This document shows positions 27,598 through 36,536 of a DNA stretch of 53,013 bases, piece by piece. Origin of the DNA: a virus (taxonomy: Duplodnaviria; Caudoviricetes). A model generated the notes under the pieces. The model saw only the letters and a list, made by a program, of their open reading frames with translations. It had not been told where the DNA came from and did no database searches. The first letter of the stretch is position 1, and the number at the start of each line of letters is the position of its first letter. The stretch is from positions 1 to 53,013 of the IMG/VR virus record IMGVR_UViG_3300017971_000346. One strand, written 5' to 3'. The translations under genes and the position numbers were made by a program.

Positions 27598-27819
27598 ATG
27601 CTAAAAGAAAATTGTATTTTTAGAATTCATAATAACAATAAATGGACAATGTTAATGCCTAGGAGTAAACTAATAGTTAAACTCAGAGAGTTGGGCATTT
27701 GCCGATCTTGGAATTGGCCTTACACTATAAAAAAAAATACCACTCGAAAGTTAAAAACTAAGTCCGGGCAAGTGGTAGTTGTTAGACGTGAACTTGACTA
27801 TTATGATGCAATTGATTAA
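27598..27819 (+). CDS. Hypothetical protein
   Basis: GAGGT SD. Confidence 0.6.
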   Translation: MLKENCIFRIHNNNKWTMLMPRSKLIVKLRELGICRSWNWPYTIKKNTTRKLKTKSGQVVVVRRELDYYDAID

Positions 27820-27839
27820 TAAAAAAAGGAGTTACTACA

Positions 27840-28361
27840 ATGGGTAAAATTATTAAAACAGACGTAGAAATCGAGCAAACATTTATACGTGCGCCTAATA
27901 ATATGTATACTTTTTCATCAAAAAAAGTCCGGGAATGGGTAATATCAAATTGCGGAAAAGATACTCTAAATTTATATGCAGGAAAAACTAAGCTGGATAT
28001 TAATGAGACTAGAAATGATGTTAATCCGGAAATGCCAGCAGACTATCACATGCCTGCTTTTGACTTTTTAAGACTTTGGAAAGGAAGGAAATTTGATACT
28101 GTTATTCTTGACCCGCCATACAGCGAACGAAAAGCAATTGAATTTTATAAAGGATACCGAGCTTCAAATTTTAATAAAACAAAGGATGCGATTATTAACA
28201 TATTAAAACCGTTAGGAGTTGTAATTTCGTGTGGTTACCAGTCTGTAGTTATGGGAAAAAAACGTAATTTTTATATCCAAAAATTAGCCCATATCTCGCA
28301 TGGCGGAGCGATCCACGATACTACCATCACAGTAGAAAGATTTATTCCGGATGCTTTTTAA
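27840..28361 (+). CDS. Small DNA amino-methyltransferase, orphan
   Basis: TLNLYAGKT SAM motif; FDTVILDPPYS catalytic motif. Confidence 0.8.
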   Translation: MGKIIKTDVEIEQTFIRAPNNMYTFSSKKVREWVISNCGKDTLNLYAGKTKLDINETRNDVNPEMPADYHMPAFDFLRLWKGRKFDTVILDPPYSERKAIEFYKGYRASNFNKTKDAIINILKPLGVVISCGYQSVVMGKKRNFYIQKLAHISHGGAIHDTTITVERFIPDAF

Positions 28362-28381
28362 TAAAAAGGAGTGGGATTGAA

Positions 28382-28501
28382 ATGGCTGAATATTTAATCA
28401 TTTTTGTAATAATTGGACCAGCAATATTTTTATTTTGTAGGTTTATCGGTATTGTAGGAAAGTGGATTTTTTGGGATAGTTTTAGAAATTTGACAAAATA
28501 A
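28382..28501 (+). CDS. 39-aa membrane peptide (below ORF-track cutoff)
   Basis: AAGGAG SD; MAEYLIIFVIIGPAIFLFCRFIGIVGKWIFWDSFRNLTK. Confidence 0.55.
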   Translation: MAEYLIIFVIIGPAIFLFCRFIGIVGKWIFWDSFRNLTK

Positions 28502-28504
28502 TAG

Positions 28505-28523
28505 ATGCCGGTTCACCCGGCAT
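28505..28523. terminator. Hairpin between convergent genes
   Basis: ATGCCGG-TTCAC-CCGGCAT. Confidence 0.5.
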
Positions 28524-29469
28524 TTCTTATTTTCACCCAAATAGACGGCATTTGATACCCCTGTTTTTTTGCAATAAAACCCATTGAGTGTAACATTCTT
28601 CGTACAATAGGGTATTTAACTTCAAAATTATCTTTTTTTGCTGTTTTGATAATAGCGTTAATCGTAATATCTTCGTATTTTTCATACATTTCTTTTATAA
28701 TTTCTGAAACCGCAATATCAATCAATTCTTTTTCAGTGTACTGTTTTTCTTGTTTTATTTGTATCCAATGAAAACCATCTGAATCAATTCGATATTTTAA
28801 ATCATTCCCCTGAATTCCATAATTACATTTTGTGTGTTTCATCAAACAGACAGTTTGATTATTATTACATTCATCTATTATCCGTTGGACATTACATTGT
28901 GATCTTGCTGCTCCGAGTATTCCTACAGTCCCTATACCGATATTTTGAATATCTTGATTTGTATTTTTCCCCCAATGCCGAACAATGACAATTGCAAGAT
29001 TTAATTTTGAAGCAACTGTTTGAAGTGCATCTAAATAAGGTACTACCTCTGTTATGTTATTGATATTACGATCACCCAGATAAGATTGTAATGGATCAAT
29101 TACGATTAGATCAATCTGATGCGTAGAAAGCTCAATAATAAAATTTCTAAATTCATCTTCATTTGTTAGGTCAAACGTACTATCATCAAAAAATATGTCA
29201 TTTCCTTTATATTTGAATAATTCTAAGCGAGGCTTTATAACAGTGTTTGGATCGTTTTCTTTTGTAAGATATAATGTTTTCAAATTCTTTACAGTAGATT
29301 TTTCGCCGGAGATACTTTTACCGGAACTGATAGCGGTCGCAAGGTTTAGAGCAAGAAAACTTTTCCCAGTCGAAGGTTGCCCATCTAAAATAGTAATTGA
29401 TTTTCTAACAACATAATTTCCCCAAAGTTGATCAATTTTTGTTGCGGCAAACTCATTCATATTTTTCAT
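28513..29469 (-). CDS. RepA/AAA_25-family (SF4-like) helicase with possible C-terminal wHTH
   Basis: Walker A GQPSTGKS, Walker B LIVIDPL, VRHWGK, ARS and KCNY motifs. Confidence 0.8.
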   Translation of the reverse strand: MKNMNEFAATKIDQLWGNYVVRKSITILDGQPSTGKSFLALNLATAISSGKSISGEKSTVKNLKTLYLTKENDPNTVIKPRLELFKYKGNDIFFDDSTFDLTNEDEFRNFIIELSTHQIDLIVIDPLQSYLGDRNINNITEVVPYLDALQTVASKLNLAIVIVRHWGKNTNQDIQNIGIGTVGILGAARSQCNVQRIIDECNNNQTVCLMKHTKCNYGIQGNDLKYRIDSDGFHWIQIKQEKQYTEKELIDIAVSEIIKEMYEKYEDITINAIIKTAKKDNFEVKYPIVRRMLHSMGFIAKKQGYQMPSIWVKIRNAG

Positions 29470-29490
29470 AATCTATAATCCTTATAATTA

Positions 29491-29727
29491 TTATTTTCCG
29501 CGGAAAGATTGGAGTGTGTTGATTAAAGTTACAAGCAAGATTTCAAAAAAATTTATTATAAAATGCCCAAAAATCGTTCCATCGTGTTCATGTATCTTAA
29601 GAATTTTTTTTATATTTGATTTAACAATACTAGCTAAATACTTTTCTTTATTTTCTCGATAATAGTTTTTTTTATATTCAGTTTGATCGTTGTTTTTTTT
29701 AATGTTATTCATGCTAAATTTCTCCAA
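29491..29727 (-). CDS. Small hypothetical protein
   Basis: YKKNYYRENKEK basic motif; upstream of the helicase. Confidence 0.55.
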   Translation of the reverse strand: MEKFSMNNIKKNNDQTEYKKNYYRENKEKYLASIVKSNIKKILKIHEHDGTIFGHFIINFFEILLVTLINTLQSFRGK

Positions 29728-29750
29728 AGTAAAATTAATTATTTTTTTTC

Positions 29751-29826
29751 TTGACTTGTAACGTTAATTGTTTTATATTATGGTATCTTTAAGATTTAAT
29801 ATAATATAGTTAATGGCCAATATCAA
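29751..29826. promoter_or_regulatory. Face-to-face sigma70 promoter pair with central palindrome
   Basis: Plus: TTGACT(29751)-17-TATATT(29774). Minus: TTGATA(29826)-17-TATATT(29803). ATCTTTAAGAT at 29785-29795. Confidence 0.7.
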
Positions 29827-29849
29827 CAAAAAAATGGAGTTTAAAGAAA

Positions 29850-30617
29850 ATGAGTGAACAAAATAATAACTTTTTGGATTTAACAAATATCGTTCAAGGT
29901 GGAGGACTAGCCGGATTAACTACTCGCGTAAATCTGAGCTTCAAAGTGGATACGATTCCGGAAGGTAAACGTAAAAAAGAAATGCAAGGTTCGGGTAAAC
30001 GTGTAGCTTTAGTTATGTCTTTTCCGGATTTAAAAGACCAGCCATTCGCTTTTGAACGAAAATATCATCTAGGGCCAGTCGATAATTTTAAAATTATTGA
30101 TAATGGCTTAACAGTCCGGCCTATCGGCAATTATAAAATTCAGTCAAATTCAAATTTCGCCCGTTATTTTTTCACACCGACACACGCGGCATTTGAAGGA
30201 TTAGAGGAAGATGAAAATGTAAAAGCATTCATAACTTCAATGCAATGCGGAAGTGTCAAATCTATTCACGATATGACTGTTATTCTAGGAGAGATTAATC
30301 AAACCGATCAATCCGGCAATGTTTTATATAGAGCGGATGAAAAAAATTTTGATGCGGACGGAAACCCGATCATGCGGGAAAAAACTATTCCGTTTATTCA
30401 GTCAATTTTAGAGATTCATGTAATGTCCGAAGATCAAACGAAAGACATTATTCAGGAAGTATTAACAGCTAATATTGGCAAACCACCGATTGTAATTGAA
30501 AGTTTAATTCAAACAAAAACGCAGAATACCGGGTTGGAAGTTAATAACGCATTCTTGGAACCGTACGGATTTGCTTTTGAAAATGACGTTTTAGTTTCAA
30601 TTAAAAACCCAGAATGA
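29850..30617 (+). CDS. Hypothetical protein, possible ssDNA-binding/replication accessory
   Basis: First gene of the recombination/replication operon, followed by its own terminator; function inferred from position only. Confidence 0.5.
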   Translation: MSEQNNNFLDLTNIVQGGGLAGLTTRVNLSFKVDTIPEGKRKKEMQGSGKRVALVMSFPDLKDQPFAFERKYHLGPVDNFKIIDNGLTVRPIGNYKIQSNSNFARYFFTPTHAAFEGLEEDENVKAFITSMQCGSVKSIHDMTVILGEINQTDQSGNVLYRADEKNFDADGNPIMREKTIPFIQSILEIHVMSEDQTKDIIQEVLTANIGKPPIVIESLIQTKTQNTGLEVNNAFLEPYGFAFENDVLVSIKNPE

Positions 30618-30636
30618 TTTTATTTCCGAAAGGTGA

Positions 30637-30666
30637 GCCGGGTTTAACACTCCCGGCTTTTTTTTT
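30637..30666 (+). terminator. Rho-independent terminator
   Basis: GCCGGG-TTTAACACT-CCCGGC followed by T9. Confidence 0.75.
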
Positions 30667-30668
30667 CT

Positions 30669-31415
30669 ATGCAGATTTCAGATATTACAGATTATATAGA
30701 ATTCCCTATGCCAAAGACCAAACGCGAACCCGGAATTCATGTTTCAGATTTAATTCAATTTGCCCAGCTAAAAGAAGATAAAAAACGGTGTGCTTTTGAT
30801 AGAATGCCAGAAGATACAAAAAAAATATTTCGAGCGAAATTTGCAAATGGATTATTATTTGAAACTGCTCTCTCTCATTCCTTAGCGACGTGGTTTGAAC
30901 CAGTCCGACCAAAACCAATCCAAGTAGACGGGATTTGGTGTTCGCCAGACGGAATCATTAAAAATTTCACTTTTATGAAACGGACATTCTCTCCAGTAGT
31001 GGTTTTTGAATCAAAGTATTCGATGAAAAAAGCAGCATTTAATGAGAAAAGTTTTCATTGGTGGATAGTCCAAATAAAAGCTTATTGTTTTGCTGTAAAT
31101 TCTACTATCGGAATATTAGCATCCTTACATCCAATGGGGGATTATCTAAACCATATTTATCATATTGCAGGTAAAAAGCATACAATTTACCCAAATACAA
31201 AATTTAAAACATGGTTATTAGAATTCACGGAAAAAGAAATTTACGAAAATTGGAATCTTTTACTTGAATTAAAAGAACAATATAAAAAGGAGAAAGAACG
31301 TGATCTTAACATTAAAAAACTTATCTGTTGGCTTAATTCATTTATTATACGGAAAACCAGGTTCCGGAAAAACTCATTTTTGCCTGAACAACTCACTAAA
31401 AAAAATAATGTTTAA
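30669..31415 (+). CDS. PD-(D/E)XK (Cas4/RecB-like) exonuclease
   Basis: IHVSDL, G..FE, SPDGII, ESK, QIKAY motifs. Confidence 0.8.
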   Translation: MQISDITDYIEFPMPKTKREPGIHVSDLIQFAQLKEDKKRCAFDRMPEDTKKIFRAKFANGLLFETALSHSLATWFEPVRPKPIQVDGIWCSPDGIIKNFTFMKRTFSPVVVFESKYSMKKAAFNEKSFHWWIVQIKAYCFAVNSTIGILASLHPMGDYLNHIYHIAGKKHTIYPNTKFKTWLLEFTEKEIYENWNLLLELKEQYKKEKERDLNIKKLICWLNSFIIRKTRFRKNSFLPEQLTKKNNV

Positions 31416-32007
31416 TGTAGATAAGCCAGCGGATAAAAGTTGGTATACTTATATAAAAAAATCTACTATTGATCTGGAACACGTTGCAGCATATATTGAC
31501 CCGTCCCAAGATGAAAAGTCAGTCGCGGTACAGAAATTTGAAAATAACAAAGTCTACCATAATTTTTTAGTAAGGTTGCATTCAGTTTGTACTAAACCAG
31601 AAGATTTTGAGTTAATTATTATTGATAACGTTAATTCATTATCACAAATAATCAAATTAATGATTTTTGGAACTACTCAAATAATGCAGTATAATTACGG
31701 AGCATTGCGAGTCCACATTGAGCGTTTGTTCAGCATACTCGATAAGTCAGTAATCCCGGTTTTAATGACTACAGAAATGCGGGACTTTAATGATGTCTGT
31801 GAGCCTAAATGTGATGAATTATACGTTCATCGTAGTAATTTTACGCATAGGATGACAGCAGACGTTACACCAGAAAAAACAGATTATAACCTTATGGTTG
31901 ATAAAGCCCCATATACGGAGTTACGCGGGATGAACATTAGCAACACGAAAATAAACTTTAGTAATTTACAAGCTTTGGTTGAAAATTTCACACCAAAAGG
32001 AGAGTAA
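31300..32007 (+). CDS. AAA_24/Sak4-like ATPase
   Basis: LLYGKPGSGKT, IIIDNV. Confidence 0.75.
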   Translation: MILTLKNLSVGLIHLLYGKPGSGKTHFCLNNSLKKIMFNVDKPADKSWYTYIKKSTIDLEHVAAYIDPSQDEKSVAVQKFENNKVYHNFLVRLHSVCTKPEDFELIIIDNVNSLSQIIKLMIFGTTQIMQYNYGALRVHIERLFSILDKSVIPVLMTTEMRDFNDVCEPKCDELYVHRSNFTHRMTADVTPEKTDYNLMVDKAPYTELRGMNISNTKINFSNLQALVENFTPKGE

Positions 32008-32011
32008 TTAT

Positions 32012-32737
32012 ATGATAAGCATTAGTTCCGCTGTAGGTAGTCGTGAACTTTTGCCGTTATTCAATGAATCTGCAAAGCTTGCAACTATCCCCTTTGCAGA
32101 TTTTATTTTTTGTGGGTTTAATGGCAAAGAAAATCCGATCATAGCGATTGAACGAAAAACAGTTTCCGATCTAACATCTTCAATAATAAGCGAACGCCTG
32201 GTTGGCCAACAATTGCCGGCAATGTTTGATAACGCCGGGACTTGCTATTTAATGATAGAAGGAAAAATGGAATGTGCCAAAAATGGTACTGTGAAAGGAA
32301 ATTATTCCAAAATTGCATTTGATAAATTATTTAAGCCTTTGATAACTCTCGGTGAATTTTTAGATTTACGTATCATTTATACATTTTCTGAATTTGATAC
32401 TGTCAGAAAAATTGAAGCGTTGTACCAGTACTATAAAAAACCATATAGTACGCATCGTTCATTTTTTGCAAACCACCTAAATGTTCCGCCCGTAAAAAAG
32501 CCGATTTCCAGGATCACCTATTTAACCAGATTATTAGCATTAATCCCCTTTATCGGCTTTGTCCGAGCAAGTAAAATAAGTCAGCAGTTTGATTTACACG
32601 ATTTTGCAAATTACATCTTACATCGCGACGGATTCGATATTACAAAAATTCCAGGAATAGGAGTTTCTACAAAAAGACAATTAGATTATTTTCTTAACGA
32701 CGTGGAGAAAGAAAAAGATGAAAATTGCTTATATTGA
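32012..32737 (+). CDS. ERCC4/XPF-family nuclease with HhH motifs (start re-called)
   Basis: SRE, ADF, IERKTVSDL.SSI...RL..Q; IPFIG and IPGIG HhH motifs. Confidence 0.85.
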   Translation: MISISSAVGSRELLPLFNESAKLATIPFADFIFCGFNGKENPIIAIERKTVSDLTSSIISERLVGQQLPAMFDNAGTCYLMIEGKMECAKNGTVKGNYSKIAFDKLFKPLITLGEFLDLRIIYTFSEFDTVRKIEALYQYYKKPYSTHRSFFANHLNVPPVKKPISRITYLTRLLALIPFIGFVRASKISQQFDLHDFANYILHRDGFDITKIPGIGVSTKRQLDYFLNDVEKEKDENCLY

Positions 32738-34181
32738 AGATTTTAGGCATTCATACGCCGATCTTTGTTTTTTCGGTTATACTTCCGACGTTATGATTAA
32801 TTTTAAAAATGTAATCCTTCCGTTAGCCGGATTGAATGTATTTAAATTAAATCCTTTCCATTTATGGAATTTTAAAAGTCCGCAAGACCGTGAGCTATAT
32901 CCAAACCAAATAAAAGCAGGATTCAAACAACTTAAGTCGATGTTAAAAAGAAAACAGTTTGATTATATCATTGCTGCTGGAAAGGGAATTAATATTGCGT
33001 TAGAATCACCGGAACCGTTAATCATGCAATCCGGCATTCCGTATATCTCAAAACATCTTCCTGATTCATTAATATTACCGACCTTTCCCGGAAATAAGTG
33101 GCAATTTTCAGATAAGATATTATTGCAAGTTTTTAAAGATTACACTAATTTTGGCGAATACATAAAATTTAATATCCGCAAACCGACGATTCCAGGTGAA
33201 ATCGATAATAGTATAGAGATAAGCAAAGTTGAAGATTTGAAAGATTATTTAAATAAAGGATTCGATCATATAGCAATTGACACGGAGTTTGATGAAAATA
33301 AAGTACCGTTTTCATTGCAATTTTCGATTAACGGTATCAAAGGAGTTTTTATTCATGCAGATTCAACAAAAGTACTGACTGAGTTAAATCACCAACTACA
33401 TAAAAATAATCCAAAATTAATTATACATCACAGTTTAGTCGATCTTCCAATGATGGAAAAACTTGGTATAGATTATAATAAAAATATCAAAGATACTATG
33501 CTAATGGCAGCATATCAAGGAAATATTCCGAAAGGATTAAAAGCACTGGCATATCGACTACTTAATATAAAAATGCTTAATTATAATGAAGTAGTGCGCA
33601 CTGTTCAAAACAAACTTGCAATCGAATATTTAAACAAACTTAGTGAGATCGAATTTCCAAACCTTCCAGAGCAGATGATTTATAAAAAAATTGACAAAAA
33701 CGATATTTGGGAACATCTTGCTCCTTATAGACCACAAAATTTAAATACTCGAATTAACAAACTAATTTGGAAATATTCCGGTTACCCGGGTGAATATATT
33801 GAAAAAGACATCTATGAAATTCAAAAAAAAATTATTCGAAAAAAATTAAATATTCGTTCGGTACAAAAAAAACGCTTTCCACAACTTTGGAAGCTTGTTT
33901 CTGATGAAGATACATTAAAAGAATTCGATGAACAAAAGCAAACAATATTGGAAAAATATTCAGGTGATCTAGAAATCGACCTTGCTTATAAATGGAAAAT
34001 TATGGATAATAAAGATCAAGCCATCGAGGCATTGGGCGAAATGCCTATCGCTTCATTGAAACACGTTGATCGAAAATTAGCAGTTAAATATTCCGGGACT
34101 GATGCAATCGTAACATACAAAATATATTTCTTTCTGAAACAACTGTTAAATAATTATTATAGAGGGTTTAAAAATTGTTAA
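32718..34181 (+). CDS. DNA polymerase A N-terminal subunit: UDG-like domain plus 3'-5' exonuclease
   Basis: YIIAAGK / ILPTFP UDG-like remnants; ExoI IAIDTE, ExoII HHSLVDL, DTML, ExoIII YSGTDA. Confidence 0.75.
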   Translation: MKIAYIEDFRHSYADLCFFGYTSDVMINFKNVILPLAGLNVFKLNPFHLWNFKSPQDRELYPNQIKAGFKQLKSMLKRKQFDYIIAAGKGINIALESPEPLIMQSGIPYISKHLPDSLILPTFPGNKWQFSDKILLQVFKDYTNFGEYIKFNIRKPTIPGEIDNSIEISKVEDLKDYLNKGFDHIAIDTEFDENKVPFSLQFSINGIKGVFIHADSTKVLTELNHQLHKNNPKLIIHHSLVDLPMMEKLGIDYNKNIKDTMLMAAYQGNIPKGLKALAYRLLNIKMLNYNEVVRTVQNKLAIEYLNKLSEIEFPNLPEQMIYKKIDKNDIWEHLAPYRPQNLNTRINKLIWKYSGYPGEYIEKDIYEIQKKIIRKKLNIRSVQKKRFPQLWKLVSDEDTLKEFDEQKQTILEKYSGDLEIDLAYKWKIMDNKDQAIEALGEMPIASLKHVDRKLAVKYSGTDAIVTYKIYFFLKQLLNNYYRGFKNC

Positions 34182-35428
34182 AACAATCAAAATTGTTTTT
34201 TGCGGATATTGATTCAGCGTGCATCCCGTTTATCAATGAAATGCATAAGAACGGCATTTTGATTGATAAAGAACATTTTAAAAAAATTGAAATTCAGTTA
34301 CTTAATAAGCTCTCAAAGATTCAAATTAAAATAGATAAATATTGCGGTCATCATATAAACCCGGCATCGAGCGATCAAGTAGTAGCAAAGTTAAATGAAT
34401 ACAATCTAACGTCTGTAAATTCTGAAACGGATCAAATCACATCCGCGGATCATGATACTTTATCTGGTATTGATTCGAATGAATTTGTTGAACTTGTTAT
34501 AAAGTACAAACAAATTGACAAACTTTTATCAACTTATATAACTAAATACCCGGCATTAATTGATGAAAATAATTTTCTTCATACTGAATATTCGCAGGCA
34601 AGGGTTGAAACTGGCAGACTTTCGTCGGCCCGGCCCAACCTACAAAATATTCCCTCCGGCAAAACAGAGGAAGGAAAATTAATTCGATACGGATTTATTG
34701 CTGAGCCTGGGTTTGATTTACTTCAACGTGACTATTCAGCTCAAGAAATCTATTGGACCGCCATATTATCAGGTGATCCTACAATGTTAAATGTTTTACT
34801 ATCCGGTGGGGATATTCATGATAATACAGAAATGAAGATTTTTGGCACTTGCAAAAAACATAGAAAACCTTCAAAGATGATCAATTTTGGCGTTATGTAT
34901 GGTATTTCAAAATATGCGTTACATCGAAAATTTATTACTGAAGGCGTTACTCAATTTAGTCAAAATGACTGCCAAACTTTTATCGATGAATTTTACAACG
35001 CCTATCCATTAATCCGAACATATATCCGGATGATCGAACAATTTATTAAAAGATACGGATATATTCAAAATTATTATGGGCACCGGCGTAGAATTCCAGA
35101 GATAAAATTAAAATCAAAACGTTCTCATGCATCCGCATTACGAAAAGCAGTAAATTATACGATCCAAAGTACGTCTGCATTCCAAATGAAATTAGCGATG
35201 AGTGCGTTATATGATTTAATAAATTCTGATTGTTTGTATGATATTTTAAAACCACGGATGCAAGTACATGACGAATTAATCTTATCATGCAGAAGTTCAG
35301 AGATCGAACATTGTAATCAAATACTAGTAAATGCCTTTAAAAACGCTTGCACTGATTTTGAACTAAAATTCAAAAGTGAAGGAAAAGCCGGAAAACGTTG
35401 GGGAACACTTAAAACGCTAGGAGACTAA
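34175..35428 (+). CDS. polA: Family A DNA polymerase, polymerase domain
   Basis: TGRLSS..PNLQNIP, motif A DYSAQE, motif B K.INFGVMYG, motif C QVHDEL. Confidence 0.92.
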   Translation: MLKQSKLFFADIDSACIPFINEMHKNGILIDKEHFKKIEIQLLNKLSKIQIKIDKYCGHHINPASSDQVVAKLNEYNLTSVNSETDQITSADHDTLSGIDSNEFVELVIKYKQIDKLLSTYITKYPALIDENNFLHTEYSQARVETGRLSSARPNLQNIPSGKTEEGKLIRYGFIAEPGFDLLQRDYSAQEIYWTAILSGDPTMLNVLLSGGDIHDNTEMKIFGTCKKHRKPSKMINFGVMYGISKYALHRKFITEGVTQFSQNDCQTFIDEFYNAYPLIRTYIRMIEQFIKRYGYIQNYYGHRRRIPEIKLKSKRSHASALRKAVNYTIQSTSAFQMKLAMSALYDLINSDCLYDILKPRMQVHDELILSCRSSEIEHCNQILVNAFKNACTDFELKFKSEGKAGKRWGTLKTLGD

Positions 35429-35429
35429 A

Positions 35430-35663
35430 ATGTTTAATGAATTAAAAAAACGAGCAAAATTAAATAAAAATATTAGAGTGAAATCACTTTTTTCAAATCT
35501 TACATCTGTACGATTTTATCGAATTGGGGATTTTTATTATTACACTGTGATCGATTCTAATAAAAATTTGGTAGATCGTATAGGTAAAAATTTTAAACGT
35601 AGACCATTTTTGACTAAAGACCATGCAATCAAAGATTTTATTAATACCGCACCTAACATTTAA
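35430..35663 (+). CDS. Hypothetical protein
   Basis: AGGAG SD. Confidence 0.6.
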   Translation: MFNELKKRAKLNKNIRVKSLFSNLTSVRFYRIGDFYYYTVIDSNKNLVDRIGKNFKRRPFLTKDHAIKDFINTAPNI

Positions 35664-35676
35664 AAAAGGAAATGTC

Positions 35677-35919
35677 ATGAATACTAATTCTTTTAAAAAA
35701 TTAAAAAAAGGCGATATTATTCAAAAAACAATGTTTGGGAAAAATGTCTGTTTAGAAATTTCCACAAACTTAATGACAAAATTAGAGCAAGGAAAAACCA
35801 AATTATTCTATCGTTGTGTTATTTTATCGTTCGGCGAAAATAAAAATCATCAAGTTATAGGCAACACAATAGATGTTTGTAACAGTAATGCTATTAGGAA
35901 AATATCTACCAATGGATAA
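35677..35919 (+). CDS. Small SH3/KOW-like hypothetical protein (start re-called)
   Basis: AAGGA SD; F.KLK.GD.I N-terminus shared with the next gene. Confidence 0.55.
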   Translation: MNTNSFKKLKKGDIIQKTMFGKNVCLEISTNLMTKLEQGKTKLFYRCVILSFGENKNHQVIGNTIDVCNSNAIRKISTNG

Positions 35920-36154
35920 ATTAGATTTTATAAAGTTAAAGGTCAATGATTATATAACAGATACTTTGTTTCCTGGTTACTCGGTCATATACAGAATAAT
36001 CAATATAACAAAATCAGGAAAAATTGTTTTTATGCAGGTTAGATGTGAACTTAAGAATTTGCAGGATTTCCAGAAAGTTCATACGTCTGGGGATTACGGA
36101 CGTTTCAGAAAAATTACAAAAGAAAAAGTATTTTCTATACTATTTCCAAAGTAA
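35912..36154 (+). CDS. Small SH3/KOW-like hypothetical protein (start re-called)
   Basis: MDKLDFIKLKVNDYI. Confidence 0.55.
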   Translation: MDKLDFIKLKVNDYITDTLFPGYSVIYRIINITKSGKIVFMQVRCELKNLQDFQKVHTSGDYGRFRKITKEKVFSILFPK

Positions 36155-36536
36155 TCCTGACTCCGAACTGGACATCTATAGTAATATCATTGATCCCACT
36201 AAAAATTGACTCCCACGTCGGCGTATTGCCATTCAAATATACCTCTCCCTGTTCAACGGTTATATCTAAAATGCCTTTCTTTAACGTGGTGAATGTTAAG
36301 GTTCCTATCGATCCTATAAAATCATCGATCACAGAAGATTCGTTATTAAACGCAAGTACTAATTCCCCTTGCGTATCATTTGCCAAATTAGCAACTGAAT
36401 GAGAAAATAATTGTGATAAATTACTTTCATCAAACTGAACTAATTCCGGATTATATTTTATCCGGAAACCGACTGTGTTGATCGGTTCAAAAATTTCTGC
36501 TTTTATGTTTAGTTTAAATTGCTCGTTAATTGTCAT
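36135..36536 (-). CDS. Stand-alone cohesin-like domain protein
   Basis: F.L.I......I..VGFRIKYNPELVQF...GELVLAF...GSIGTLTF....G..DI matches the cohesin beta-sandwich pattern; no signal peptide. Confidence 0.7.
   Translation of the reverse strand: MTINEQFKLNIKAEIFEPINTVGFRIKYNPELVQFDESNLSQLFSHSVANLANDTQGELVLAFNNESSVIDDFIGSIGTLTFTTLKKGILDITVEQGEVYLNGNTPTWESIFSGINDITIDVQFGVRITLEIV

Noticed and set aside
34160-34185. Programmed frameshift joining the exonuclease and polymerase ORFs
   Set aside because: There is no X XXY YYZ heptamer in frame, the -1 frame has TAA just before the TTG, and the TTG has its own SD.
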